A DNA stretch of 64,000 nt from a virus. A program made the position numbers and the translations under genes. This document shows positions 34,638 through 43,933 of the stretch, one piece after another (position 1 is the stretch's first letter; each line of letters opens with the position of its first letter). The notes below the pieces were generated by a model. It did no database searches and was not told where the DNA came from. It saw only the letters and a list, made by a program, of their open reading frames with translations. The DNA lies in the IMG/VR virus record IMGVR_UViG_3300027806_000001, positions 32,001 to 96,000 of that record. The stretch is one strand, 5' to 3'.

Positions 34638-34984
34638 TGCATCCTGCCTTTCTTGGCCGTTGCGCAGGCCCGGCACGCCGGTCGGCGCAGTCCCAGCCCC
34701 GCTCCTTCGTACCCGCACTCCGCGCAGACCTTCCTGGACCGTTCGGCGTACGCCCGCAGCAGTCCGGAGACGTCCTCGGGCCGGAACCTGCCGGCCAGGG
34801 CCATCGCCAGGCCGTCGCTGGAGGCGAACACCTGGGTGACCTGGAAATTCTTGCCCAGGATGCCCTTGGTCCGCATCTCGTCCAGCTCGTGCAGCAGGCC
34901 GGACACCAGCGTCGTCCAGCCGGGCGGCACGCGGTACACGGTGTCCCTGTTGATCTCGTAGTCGGGATATCCTCCTCGGGTCAT
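34634..34984 (-). CDS. Hypothetical protein with C-terminal Zn ribbon
   Basis: VPPGWTTLVSGL...SRKVCAECG...CRAC. Confidence 0.6.
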   Translation of the reverse strand: MTRGGYPDYEINRDTVYRVPPGWTTLVSGLLHELDEMRTKGILGKNFQVTQVFASSDGLAMALAGRFRPEDVSGLLRAYAERSRKVCAECGYEGAGLGLRRPACRACATAKKGRMQ

Positions 34985-35168
34985 CGCACCTCCACGCCGA
35001 CGGCGAGCCGCTTGCGCAGCACGAAGTGCTTGATCTCGAGCAGGGTGCGCCGGCTCACCCCTGGGTGCGGATCGGTGTGGCTGAGGACCAGCAGGAGCAT
35101 GTCCTTGTGGTCCTCGAGCTCTCGCTCCAGGGCGGACACCTCGGCCAGGGCCTGCTCGAGCAGCCCTC

Positions 35169-35675
35169 TCAGTATGGCCGCGTCCCCGCGGGGTTGTCCA
35201 GGAGCTGCTCGACGCTCGTCAGGACCGTCTCCATCGCCGTCAGCCAGCCGTGTCCCTCCAGTATCCACCCCGCCCTGTTGAAGAGGGAGGTGCGGCACTC
35301 CGTCCCAAGCCTGCGGATCACCGGCCTGCACCGGTGCTTCAGGTCCGCCTGCGCCGAGTGCTGGCTGATCATGGACAGCCTGTCCAGGGCGGCCAAGGCC
35401 GCGGTCCTCGTCTCCGGCGTGACGCGGGGGGAGGCATGCAGCTTCTCCGCCCGCTCCCTCAGGTCCCGGATCCTGCACGTCGTCCAGTCCATCCTGGTCC
35501 TGGCGACCTTTCTCAGCCCCCGCAACAGCTGCGTCGCCTCCCATACGTCCTCCGGGATGGTCACATGCTCCGTCTGCGTCCCCCGCTCTGGCGACCAGTC
35601 GGTCACCGCCATCGTCGTAAACTCCGGGTCCATGCATGGTTCCTGCCTTTTTCGTTCAAGGTTCAAAGCCTTCAT
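35169..35675 (-). CDS. Hypothetical protein
   Basis: Start re-called at MKALNLERK (SD GGAGGAG, overlapping the upstream stop). Confidence 0.5.
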   Translation of the reverse strand: MKALNLERKRQEPCMDPEFTTMAVTDWSPERGTQTEHVTIPEDVWEATQLLRGLRKVARTRMDWTTCRIRDLRERAEKLHASPRVTPETRTAALAALDRLSMISQHSAQADLKHRCRPVIRRLGTECRTSLFNRAGWILEGHGWLTAMETVLTSVEQLLDNPAGTRPY

Positions 35676-36298
35676 CACTCCTCCAGGCCCTCGATGATGC
35701 GGTCCAGGAGGGACTCCTTCGAGTAGCCCGAGCGGTTCCTGCCCCAGCGGCGCCGGACGTGGTAGCTGTCCGGAGGGGCCGTCATCCTCTGCCCCATGCG
35801 CTGCGGCGGCAGGAACGTCCTCAGGGCGAAGCCGAGGCCCAGCCTTCGCATGAAGATGCCTGCCGGCACCAGCAGCTCGGGCTGGCCTCCCCGGCCGCGC
35901 CGCGGCGTCAGCCAGTGCGCAGGCAGCAGGGACGCCCAGAGCTCCTCCTCGTTCATCGTGGCCAGGTCCCTGCGGCGCAGGTCCCTCGCGTCCAGCCGGC
36001 ACGCCTCGCACACCGGCGGATCCTCGAACACCAGGTTCCAGCGGCCGCACCTGGCGTTCACCAGCTGCGGTTTGGCAGGAGGGCGCACGGTGGCCGTGCA
36101 GCGGCGCCAGCCCGGCACGGGGTGCAGCTCCCCGGCCGTGGCGAAGAAGCACGGCTCCCGAAGCCTGCGCCCGTCGCGCCGGCAGTCGGCCAGCGCCCTG
36201 ACGTAGGCGTGCAGCGGATCGGGGTCGGCGCAGAACTCTTCCTTCAGCAGCCGGTCGAACGAGCAGACGCGGTTCTCGATCATCTTCATCCAGCTCAT
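35675..36298 (-). CDS. Hypothetical protein with Cys motifs
   Basis: 207 aa, ATGA-coupled. Confidence 0.55.
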   Translation of the reverse strand: MSWMKMIENRVCSFDRLLKEEFCADPDPLHAYVRALADCRRDGRRLREPCFFATAGELHPVPGWRRCTATVRPPAKPQLVNARCGRWNLVFEDPPVCEACRLDARDLRRRDLATMNEEELWASLLPAHWLTPRRGRGGQPELLVPAGIFMRRLGLGFALRTFLPPQRMGQRMTAPPDSYHVRRRWGRNRSGYSKESLLDRIIEGLEE

Positions 36299-36476
36299 GC
36301 CTTGCTTCCTTTCTGCCTGGGCGCCTCGGGGTCGAGGTCAGGCACCTCCCTCGGGGACGGCCGTCGAAGCTCACTCTGACTCATGCCCCAGGCGCCCAAG
36401 GGCACCAGTACGGCCTGCACGTACAGCCGGTCTTTTTCGTCGAGGAACTCGACGTGCTCGATCATGACCAAGCGGG

Positions 36477-36833
36477 TCACACCGCCTCCAGGTCGATCAC
36501 GGTCATGCGGTCCTTGACCCGAGTCTCCCGGATCTTCTCCTCCATGCGGTTCAGCACCTCCTGCAGGTCGGCGATCTTGCAGTAGCAGGAGACCGTCCTG
36601 TCGTGGGGCTCGCCGAACGAAACCGACAGCCATGGCTGCGATGCGTGCGCTATCGCCCTCCGCAGCCGGGCGTCGAAGCCGCAGCCCAGGACGACGTGCA
36701 GGTTTTCGAGCTCCGGGCCGTGCCTCACCTGCCACTTGCCGTCCTGCTCGTGCAGGAACAGCGTGCCGCCGGAAGGGACCTCGTCCTTCGACGGCAACCT
36801 CCAGAACACCTTCAGCTTGCTTTTTCCTGCCAT
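36477..36833 (-). CDS. Hypothetical protein
   Basis: 118 aa, with SD before the ATG. Confidence 0.55.
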   Translation of the reverse strand: MAGKSKLKVFWRLPSKDEVPSGGTLFLHEQDGKWQVRHGPELENLHVVLGCGFDARLRRAIAHASQPWLSVSFGEPHDRTVSCYCKIADLQEVLNRMEEKIRETRVKDRMTVIDLEAV

Positions 36834-36834
36834 G

Positions 36835-36951
36835 TCATCTTCTTCCTTTCCGGATCCTCTTGATCAGCCAGTCGGTGATCTTTCCGGCGATCTCACCCAG
36901 GAGCGCCCCGATGATGATCCCCGAGACGGCGGCCAGCACGTACACGCTCAT
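36835..36951 (-). CDS. Small single-TM protein, 38 aa
   Basis: MSVYVLAAVSGIIIGALLGEIAGKITDWLIKRIRKGRR, ATGA-coupled. Confidence 0.55.
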   Translation of the reverse strand: MSVYVLAAVSGIIIGALLGEIAGKITDWLIKRIRKGRR

Positions 36952-37157
36952 TTCCGACGCTCCAAAATCAGTTTCAGCAAAAAGCCGGTCACGTGCAGCA
37001 AGATCAACGGGGCCACGAGCATGGCCGCAGGCAGCAGCACCAACCACCACGACCAGTCGATTGTTCCTGCCAGCTTCAGCAACAGCAGCGGGAACGCCAG
37101 GAAAAACATGACGAACATGTACGGCGAGCACCCCGGGTTCGAATCGCCGCGGTTCAC
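36948..37157 (-). CDS. Small membrane protein (LKL.G.IDWSWW.VL.P family)
   Basis: Two hydrophobic helices with LKLAGTIDWSWWLVLLP, a common phage membrane motif. Confidence 0.65.
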   Translation of the reverse strand: MNRGDSNPGCSPYMFVMFFLAFPLLLLKLAGTIDWSWWLVLLPAAMLVAPLILLHVTGFLLKLILERRK

Positions 37158-37405
37158 TGCTGCACCTCCTTCCTGTCAAGCTCGGCGACCCCCAGGGCGT
37201 CGAAGGCCGACCGGTTGATCGCCCGCAGCACGCCGCGCAGCTGCTTGACCTGGGCCTCGAGTTCAGCAATGCGGGCCCTCTGCTGAATGACCTGGTTGGT
37301 CAGCGTTTTGATGAAGTCCGTCGCGTCGGCCACTGCTTCGCGATGCCTCTTGTTCTGCTCCTCTATCGTGACGTTCATGTCTTCCATGGGTTTCTCCTGC
37401 TGCAT
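37154..37405 (-). CDS. Small coiled-coil protein
   Basis: Heptad pattern RARIAELEAQVKQLR. Confidence 0.55.
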   Translation of the reverse strand: MQQEKPMEDMNVTIEEQNKRHREAVADATDFIKTLTNQVIQQRARIAELEAQVKQLRGVLRAINRSAFDALGVAELDRKEVQQ

Positions 37406-37472
37406 GTGTTTTTCTCGAACAACGGCCCGTCGATCGCTCCGCTCTGCCGCTCCTGGACCCGGGCAGGTCCGT

Positions 37473-38069
37473 TCAGGGTCCGCGCGCCAGGCTGCCCAAG
37501 GCGGCGCTCCAAGGATGCAGGGCCTTGCCCACCCTGGGCCACGGATCGGTCCTGTTGTACGCCGGCAACAGCTCCTTGCGCTCGCCGGGGCGCAGGCACA
37601 GCGCCTGGAGGAGGTTGTCCTGCAGCTTCCAGTAGTCGAACAGATGGCGAAGCTGTTCGGCCGGGATCTCGTTGATCATGAAGTCGCGCCTGGCGCGCCG
37701 CTCCAGGGAGGCCCGCCAGTCCGCCGCCCCGACCGCCCCTACGATCACCTCCCTGGAGCAGACCAGGCGCCCGTCCGCCGGTAGCTGCATGCCCGGGAGG
37801 TCGTACTCCCTCATGGCCCGGCTCACCGACTTGGCGTGCAGGTCCAGGCTCTCCTGCACGTCCCCCGAGAGGTTTTGCAGGTACCCTCCGTCCTGCAGGT
37901 TCCTGGTGCGCTGGGCCAGGGCCGCGACCAGGTCCGGCGAGTCGACCAGGTGCGTCACCCTCCACGCCTGGAGCAGGGCCTTGCCCACGTCGCGCCTCAT
38001 TCCTCTCGATGTCGTCGCAGCGTAGCTGTCCGCGACAGCCTCCCCGTACTTGTCTTCCAAAGACGCCAT
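37473..38069 (-). CDS. Hypothetical early protein
   Basis: Start re-called at MASLEDKYGEA (SD AAGGGAG). First gene after the promoter at 38110. Confidence 0.6.
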   Translation of the reverse strand: MASLEDKYGEAVADSYAATTSRGMRRDVGKALLQAWRVTHLVDSPDLVAALAQRTRNLQDGGYLQNLSGDVQESLDLHAKSVSRAMREYDLPGMQLPADGRLVCSREVIVGAVGAADWRASLERRARRDFMINEIPAEQLRHLFDYWKLQDNLLQALCLRPGERKELLPAYNRTDPWPRVGKALHPWSAALGSLARGP

Positions 38070-38109
38070 GCATACTCCCTTCTCGACGGCGGCCGGGAGG
38101 CCGTCGTGT

Positions 38110-38137
38110 ATTCTCACACGAGGCAGGACGCTGTTTA
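38110..38137 (-). promoter_or_regulatory. Early-type promoter TAAACA-N16-GAGAAT
   Basis: TAAACA GCGTCCTGCCTCGTGT GAGAAT. One of four copies with identical spacing. Confidence 0.7.
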
Positions 38138-38488
38138 CAGGCCCTTCCACTCGTCCCGGTGCTCGAACACCGGGTCGATTCCGGGCCTCGTGCCCAGGTG
38201 CAGGGCATGCTTCCACCTGGCGTCGAGCGCCACGGTCACCAGGTCCTGCCTGCGCTCGAACATGGCGTAGCACCAGGTGCCGCGGCGCCGCCAGTACCGC
38301 TCCCGCAGGGAGGTCGGATCGTCCCCAAGGGCCGAGTACGTGTGCGTCTTGTGCAGAGGCACTCCGTTGAGCTGCATGAACTCCAGGGCCTGCCTCCAGT
38401 CCCTGAACCGGTACCTGACGAACTGCCCCGGCTGCACGGACGACAGGAGGGTCCAGCCTTCCGGCACCTGCTCAGAGGTCTTCGGCAT
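38135..38488 (-). CDS. Hypothetical protein
   Basis: 117 aa, SD GAAGGGGAGGG. Confidence 0.55.
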   Translation of the reverse strand: MPKTSEQVPEGWTLLSSVQPGQFVRYRFRDWRQALEFMQLNGVPLHKTHTYSALGDDPTSLRERYWRRRGTWCYAMFERRQDLVTVALDARWKHALHLGTRPGIDPVFEHRDEWKGL

Positions 38489-38762
38489 CGGAGTCCCTCC
38501 CCTTCTCGGGCAGCTCCCTCAGCAGGCACATTATGCCGATCGCCGACCCTATGCAGATCATGGACGACACCGCCAGGATCACGAACTGAATCTCGCTTAT
38601 CTCGATCACGAACTGAATCTCGCTTATCTCCATTCCTCGCTCCTTTGTCAGAATCCAAGCCACAGCAGGGCCAGGGCCGTCAGCCCGATCATCAGGACCG
38701 CCGCGGCGCCGAAGATCAGCGCGGACAGCGCGGCCTCCCGCCAGGGCCTGGCCTCGAACGGA

Positions 38763-39410
38763 TCACGTCGCATGCCCGGCCTCCCCTCTCGACACGCTCA
38801 GCCGCCACAGCACGTCCCTGGCCATCTCGAGGACCGTCGGCATGGCGTCCCTGGCCTTCGGCGCACCGCACAGCATGCAGGACCTCCACATGGAGTACGC
38901 CTGCATCACGAGCCAGCCTGGAAGCCGGCCGTCCTTCTCCAGGAAGTGCGCGCAGCAGGCGACCGTGCGGACCAGCGACGCCGCCGAGATGGCCTCCGAC
39001 CAGGTCGCGTTGAACGCCAACGCGGCCCCCGGCTCCATCGTCGACCAGACCGACATCTCCCTGTACTGCGCCACGGTGCCGTCCAGGCCGTCGTCGGCCG
39101 TCCGCAGGATCGCCTTGGCCCCCTGGCGGTCCCGCATGCGCTCGTCGTCGGTCATGGGGGTGCGGCGCCACTCGTGCGTCTTCCAGGCCAGGTACGCGTC
39201 CACCTTCCGCAGGGCCTCGACGGACGAATCGTGCACCAGCAGCGGCTCGACCTCCTCGGTCAGCCTGCGCAGGATCCCCATCTGCCTGAGGGCGGCGTTC
39301 TCGTCCCTGTTCCCCGCATCCAGCCGGTCGGCGATCCTGCCCTCGATCTCCAGCACCTCGATCAGCAGTTTGGCCCTCTGCTCCTCCCAATCTGCATCCT
39401 GCCCGGTCAT
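38763..39410 (-). CDS. Hypothetical helical protein
   Basis: Start re-called at MTGQDADWEEQ (ATGA overlap). Confidence 0.55.
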   Translation of the reverse strand: MTGQDADWEEQRAKLLIEVLEIEGRIADRLDAGNRDENAALRQMGILRRLTEEVEPLLVHDSSVEALRKVDAYLAWKTHEWRRTPMTDDERMRDRQGAKAILRTADDGLDGTVAQYREMSVWSTMEPGAALAFNATWSEAISAASLVRTVACCAHFLEKDGRLPGWLVMQAYSMWRSCMLCGAPKARDAMPTVLEMARDVLWRLSVSRGEAGHAT

Positions 39411-39829
39411 CGGACCCCCTTCCTGGCGCTCTTGAGCTTCGCCGCGGCCGCGACGTTTCGTAGGAACCTCGACATGGCCGCAACGCTTCGGGCCAGCACC
39501 TTTGCACTGCTGTTTCCAGACTCCATGGCCAGCGCCGCCTCGTCGAATCCGCGCCTCAGGCATTCTATCAGCAGCCTGTCGTGCTCCCACGACCGCCTGT
39601 CGACCTCCTGGTCCTGCTGATCTACCACGTCACCGAGCGCGTCCGAGGCCGTGTCCAGGCTGTCCGCAAAGTCCCGCACCATGCTTCGCAGCGCCATCGC
39701 CTCGTCCTTAGGTGCCTCCGCCACCTTGTCGAACACCTTGGTCAGCCGGCGCAGCTCGGAATCCAGGTCCCTTGACGCAGGGCGGCGCTTCCCGGGTGCG
39801 GCCTTCTTCTTCGTCTTCTTCTTTGCCAT
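39407..39829 (-). CDS. Hypothetical protein with basic N-terminus
   Basis: MAKKKTKKKAAPGKRR plus coiled coil, SD AGGAG. Confidence 0.6.
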   Translation of the reverse strand: MAKKKTKKKAAPGKRRPASRDLDSELRRLTKVFDKVAEAPKDEAMALRSMVRDFADSLDTASDALGDVVDQQDQEVDRRSWEHDRLLIECLRRGFDEAALAMESGNSSAKVLARSVAAMSRFLRNVAAAAKLKSARKGVR

Positions 39830-39838
39830 GTGTCGCTC

Positions 39839-40039
39839 CTAGTTCCCGTCGTCGACGGGACAGTCCAGATATTGGTCCAGCGCGTCCTTGATCTGGAGGT
39901 ACAGCGTGTCGCTCCGGGAGCCGACCGGAGGATCGTCCGGCACCAGCCCCTCGAGGACGAGCACGTTGTAAAGCGCGTTCGTCATGCGGTTCCTAATGGC
40001 GATGCGCTCGCGGTTGTTCAGCTTGATCAGATCCTTCAT
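39839..40039 (-). CDS. Small hypothetical protein
   Basis: 66 aa, ATGA-coupled to the upstream Gly-rich ORF. Confidence 0.55.
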   Translation of the reverse strand: MKDLIKLNNRERIAIRNRMTNALYNVLVLEGLVPDDPPVGSRSDTLYLQIKDALDQYLDCPVDDGN

Positions 40040-40287
40040 CCCCTCCCCCTGCCGTCGCCGCTGCCCGTGCCGCCGCCAGTGCCGCAGCCGTAACCGCCGC
40101 CGCAGCCGTCGCCCTTGCCGCCCGCCGTCACGCCGCCGGCGTTGCCGCCGCCCATGCCTCTGCCGTTGCCGTTGCCGCTGCCCTCGCCGCTGCCGTAGCC
40201 GCCGCCGGCGTTGCCGTAGCCGTAGCCCATGCCGTAGCCGTCTCCTCTTCCGCTGGCCGTTCCGCTGCCAGGTTGAATGCCGCTCAT
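40036..40287 (-). CDS. (Gly-X)n low-complexity protein
   Basis: Start re-called at MSGIQPGSGTASG (SD AAGGAGG, ATGA overlap). Confidence 0.65.
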   Translation of the reverse strand: MSGIQPGSGTASGRGDGYGMGYGYGNAGGGYGSGEGSGNGNGRGMGGGNAGGVTAGGKGDGCGGGYGCGTGGGTGSGDGRGRG

Positions 40288-40508
40288 GCAGTCACCTCCT
40301 TGGGCTCTTCCTCGTCCTTGTAGATCTCGACCCTGTACTCCGTGCCCGTCTTCGTGACCTTGGTCGCGACGTCGTTCAGCCAGTCCGCATCCTCCTGCGC
40401 CTTGGCCCTGGAGTCGTAGATGCAGGGCTTGCCGACGCCCTCGTTGAGCAGGCCGCGGTCGTCCTTGTCCTTCATCAGGCGGACGCACCATCTGCGCTTG
40501 GCCTTCAT
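40284..40508 (-). CDS. Small hypothetical protein
   Basis: 74 aa, sandwiched between two Gly-X ORFs and coupled on both sides. Confidence 0.55.
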   Translation of the reverse strand: MKAKRRWCVRLMKDKDDRGLLNEGVGKPCIYDSRAKAQEDADWLNDVATKVTKTGTEYRVEIYKDEEEPKEVTA

Positions 40509-40873
40509 CAGTCCCCCCTTCCGGCGCCGTTGCCGAAGCCTTGGCCGCAGCTCATGCCCCAGCCCCTGCCACTGCCGTTGCCGTTGCCGCCACCATAGGC
40601 AGTGCCGCAGCCGTAGCCGCCGCCGCCAGAGCCGACGCTGCAGCCATAATCACCGCCGTGGCCGTTTGCGCTGCCGTGGCCGAAGCCGCCGCCCCTGCCG
40701 CTGCCTTTGCCATCGCCCCAGCCGCTGCCATCGCCATAGCCCCTGCCGTTGCCGCTGCCACAGCCACTGCCGTAGCCATAGCCGGTGCCATCGCCCCAGC
40801 CGCTGCCGTAGCCGTTGCCCCTGCCGTCTCCCATGCCGCTGGCTGTTCCGTTGCTCTGTCGGTTGTCGCTCAT
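40508..40873 (-). CDS. (Gly-X)n low-complexity protein
   Basis: MSDNRQSNGTASGMGDGRGNGYG..., SD AGGAGGA. Confidence 0.7.
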   Translation of the reverse strand: MSDNRQSNGTASGMGDGRGNGYGSGWGDGTGYGYGSGCGSGNGRGYGDGSGWGDGKGSGRGGGFGHGSANGHGGDYGCSVGSGGGGYGCGTAYGGGNGNGSGRGWGMSCGQGFGNGAGRGD

Positions 40874-40916
40874 TTCAGTCCTCCTGCGCCCTGCAGGCTT
40901 TCACAGCTAAGCGCAA

Positions 40917-40954
40917 TGGAAAGCAGGGGCCCGGGTGCAGGCCCGGGCCCCTGC
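40917..40954 (-). terminator. Stem-loop terminator after DUF6948
   Basis: Perfect 13-bp stem GCAGGGGCCCGGG / CCCGGGCCCCTGC followed by TTTCCATT. Confidence 0.6.
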
Positions 40955-40971
40955 CTCCTGGCGAGACGATG

Positions 40972-41439
40972 TCAGGCCGCTTCGCGAATGGTCTGCACGG
41001 CCTCGTCGGTGCACGGGATGCACTCGATCACGCCGTGGACGTAGATGTCCACCTCGGCGTCGATCTTGCTGTTCTTGGCATTGACGCCGTGCTTGGCGAC
41101 GCCCGACAGGGCGACGCCCTTCTTGCCCGCGGTGATCTCCCACGACCACAGCCGGCGGCCGTGAAGCAGGTAGTACTCGCCGCCCTGGCGGCCGACCATG
41201 AATCCGAAGTGCACGCCCGACTCACCGGAGCGCACGAGGACCCACCTGCCGGCGAACGGGTGCGGCTGCCAGGCGATGCTGGCGATCTCCGGGGCGATCT
41301 CCGGCTTCGAGGTCAGCGAAACGGCCGGGGCGCACTTGAGGCCCTTGACGGCCTTGGCGACCTCGCCGGGCACGACTTCCTTCACCACGTCGGTGATGGC
41401 GGGGCGGAGGGCGTCGACGATTGGATTGCTGCTGCTCAT
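40972..41439 (-). CDS. DUF6948-like protein
   Basis: WVLVRSGESGVHFG...GRRLWSW...LSGVAKHG...VIECIPCTDEA matches the family pattern (VR...GV..G...ARRLW.W...LS..A..G...IEIIPCT..A). Confidence 0.7.
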   Translation of the reverse strand: MSSSNPIVDALRPAITDVVKEVVPGEVAKAVKGLKCAPAVSLTSKPEIAPEIASIAWQPHPFAGRWVLVRSGESGVHFGFMVGRQGGEYYLLHGRRLWSWEITAGKKGVALSGVAKHGVNAKNSKIDAEVDIYVHGVIECIPCTDEAVQTIREAA

Positions 41440-41584
41440 GTGTCTGTCCTTTTCTCAACTTAGATTTCAATCGGTCCTTGGCGATGGCCAGGACCCTGGC
41501 TCCGAACATCCGAACATCCGAACCTCGATGCAACATGACAGGACCCGGTCGTCCCGGCGGAAGGGCGAAACGGCGTGTCAGTCT

Positions 41585-41612
41585 ATTATCACACGCCTGT
41601 GCTGCTTGTTTA
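41585..41612 (-). promoter_or_regulatory. Early-type promoter TAAACA-N16-GATAAT
   Basis: TAAACA AGCAGCACAGGCGTGT GATAAT. Confidence 0.7.
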
Positions 41613-42272
41613 GCATCCCCTCCGGCGGAATCCCTCGACGATCACCCACAGCGCATGGGGCGCAAACCCCAGGCACGCCACGAGGATGCCGCCGGCGGGG
41701 TTGTCGAAGTAGGTTATGTAGCCCAGCAGCAGGAACAACGGCGTGAGCAGCAGGGTGATCCCCAGCAGGTCGGACCTCAGCGTAGGCTCGACGACGCACG
41801 CTCGGACCCCGAGGGCCGTCCAGACGAACGGCGCCGCGGCGGCCTTGGGGATGCGGACCCACCACGGCCGCCTGCGCAGTCGATCCAGGTTCCACCGTCC
41901 GTCAAAATGGCCTGCGAACCTGGTCATGCAGCTGACGACGTGATCGCACGTATACCCGTCGCCGCGCTCCCTCTGCGCCTCAACCACCCTGAACAGGTCG
42001 ACTCTTCCCGAGGCGTACCGGCGAAGCAGGTAGTCGCCGGCTCTCGGTCGCGGCTCGCCGTCGTCGCAGCTGTAGACGAAGTGGAAGAAGGTGCCGCAGG
42101 TAAGCCCCGCCCCCAGGTGGCCAGGCCCCAGGCCCTGGACGAACACCTTGCCGGCAGGGGCCTGCACCTTGGCCAGCTCCTCCTGCACCTCCTTGACCAG
42201 CTCCACCAGTTCCTCCGGTCCCTGGGTCAGCCCGATGTACCTCTGCAGCCACTGATGACTGTCCTCGCTCAT
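41610..42272 (-). CDS. Hypothetical protein with C-terminal TM helices
   Basis: 220 aa, SD AGAGGAGGA. Confidence 0.5.
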   Translation of the reverse strand: MSEDSHQWLQRYIGLTQGPEELVELVKEVQEELAKVQAPAGKVFVQGLGPGHLGAGLTCGTFFHFVYSCDDGEPRPRAGDYLLRRYASGRVDLFRVVEAQRERGDGYTCDHVVSCMTRFAGHFDGRWNLDRLRRRPWWVRIPKAAAAPFVWTALGVRACVVEPTLRSDLLGITLLLTPLFLLLGYITYFDNPAGGILVACLGFAPHALWVIVEGFRRRGC

Positions 42273-42282
42273 GGTTCCTCCT

Positions 42283-42810
42283 CTATGCCTCGGTCAGGCC
42301 CTTGAGCCTCAGCCAGCCCTTGGTGGGAAACCTCTTGGTGGCGATGTCGATGTACAGCTGCATCGCCTTTTTTCGCTCACCAGGAGGAAAATCCCGCTCC
42401 ATGCCCGCGTCGTCGTTGCCCCAGACCGCCACCCTCCACCCGGCGTCTTCCGTAAGGCACAGAAACATGACGCACACGAATCTCGTGTCAGGGTACCTGG
42501 CGTCGTCCACCAGCTTGAAGTTGCCGTACCAGTCCTCCTGCACTGCCACGAAGGCCTCCAGCTTTAGCCCCGGTATGCCGGCAGGATCGCGGTTCAGGCA
42601 CTGCTGCAGCTTCTCGGAGGTGTCGCACTCAGCGGCAAGTGCGTGAGTCGCCTCGTTCAGGCGTTCTTCGAGGAGGGCGTTCTTGCCCTCCAGCCGGTGC
42701 AGCTCGAGTTGAAGCTCGCCGGCCTGCTTGGCCAGACCCTCGGTCTTCATCTGCTCGAGTTTCTCGAGTTTCTCTTTATCCATCAGTCGGCTCCTCCGGC
42801 TTTTCTTCAC
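42283..42810 (-). CDS. Hypothetical protein (coiled coil plus globular domain)
   Basis: 175-aa ORF. The start may be the internal MDKEK. Confidence 0.55.
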   Translation of the reverse strand: MKKSRRSRLMDKEKLEKLEQMKTEGLAKQAGELQLELHRLEGKNALLEERLNEATHALAAECDTSEKLQQCLNRDPAGIPGLKLEAFVAVQEDWYGNFKLVDDARYPDTRFVCVMFLCLTEDAGWRVAVWGNDDAGMERDFPPGERKKAMQLYIDIATKRFPTKGWLRLKGLTEA

Positions 42811-43090
42811 CGAACCTCTGCACGGTCTCCGAGTCGATGACCACCGTCGGAGCGCCCGTCAGGACGACCCTCCGGTTGTCCACCGTGTAGACGACCCAGT
42901 TCGGCTCGTCGTTCGTGGGGGCTCGGAGCAGGCTGGCCGGGTACGAGGACCCGGACGCCGACACCACGGTCATAGACCCCCTCACCTCCACCACCTTGGC
43001 CGGGGTACCTATTATGGCAAAAACTATGACCAACCCTATGACGACCAACGATGCCGCTGCAATAACTGGACCTACCCCATCGTCACGCAT
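42776..43090 (-). CDS. Small membrane-anchored protein
   Basis: N-terminal TM helix VIAAASLVVIGLVIVFAIIG. Confidence 0.55.
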   Translation of the reverse strand: MRDDGVGPVIAAASLVVIGLVIVFAIIGTPAKVVEVRGSMTVVSASGSSYPASLLRAPTNDEPNWVVYTVDNRRVVLTGAPTVVIDSETVQRFGEEKPEEPTDG

Positions 43091-43574
43091 CTGGTTTCTC
43101 CTCGTTCATGTTGTCCGGCTTCTCCGGGGTGTGCGGCGGATCCTCGGGATGAGGCATCCACCACCTGGGATTGGACCCGTCGTTTCCCCATCCCAGGTGG
43201 TCCGTAGCCCAGTACGAAGACGCCGGTTCGTATCCGTTCGGGCTGTTCATGCCGGGGTCCTCCACCCAGCAAGCCGAGTAGACGCACTCGTTGACGTCGT
43301 CCCACAGCAGGACGTACGTTCCATCCCTGGGGGCCGTCTCGATCGGCTGCCACGACTTGGCCTGCAGGGCCTCGTCGCGCTGCTTCTCCAACTTCACGAT
43401 GGTTTCGATGAACTCGCCCTGCTGCTTCCCGAGAGCCTCGTTCTCATTGACATGGGCGGCGAGTTCGGCGCGGAGGCGCTTGTTTTCTTCGACCATTCGC
43501 TCGATGTTGGGGTAGTGCCACTTCGTGCCGTTCCACTCCCTCGCAGCAAGTAGTTCGATTGGCATGTCACTCAT
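43083..43574 (-). CDS. DUF551-like protein
   Basis: Start re-called at MSDMPIELL. Contains WQPIETAPRDGTYVLLW...WWMPHP. Confidence 0.65.
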   Translation of the reverse strand: MSDMPIELLAAREWNGTKWHYPNIERMVEENKRLRAELAAHVNENEALGKQQGEFIETIVKLEKQRDEALQAKSWQPIETAPRDGTYVLLWDDVNECVYSACWVEDPGMNSPNGYEPASSYWATDHLGWGNDGSNPRWWMPHPEDPPHTPEKPDNMNEEKPDA

Positions 43575-43933
43575 TGCTCCCCCTTCCGCATCGCGGCGAG
43601 CGTTGCATCGGCAACAGCGACAACCTCGGCTGCCATTGCATCTGGCGACATCCATCCCTCCAGACTCGATGCGCCCGTCAGCGCCGCGCGCACAAGCCGC
43701 TCGCGCAGTTTGCGGTCGCGGTCGGCGGGCGGGTTCTTGGGCGGGATGTAGAAGGCGGTCTTCTCAAGTTCCGCAACGCGCTGCTTCAACCCGTTCCGCT
43801 CCGCGACGAGCGCGGTGAGGGAGGCGTGGTAGTTCCCCGCGACATCGCTTGGGAGCGTGTGACAGGAGTAGCGGTCGGCGCATATGCTCAGATACCCGAG
43901 CAGCGCGTCGATGTCCTTGGTGGGGTCGGTCAT
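43571..43933 (-). CDS. Paralogue A of the LRERLV...AAMRK family
   Basis: DPTKDIDALL...LRERLVRAALTG...ADATLAAMRK. Confidence 0.6.
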   Translation of the reverse strand: MTDPTKDIDALLGYLSICADRYSCHTLPSDVAGNYHASLTALVAERNGLKQRVAELEKTAFYIPPKNPPADRDRKLRERLVRAALTGASSLEGWMSPDAMAAEVVAVADATLAAMRKGEQ

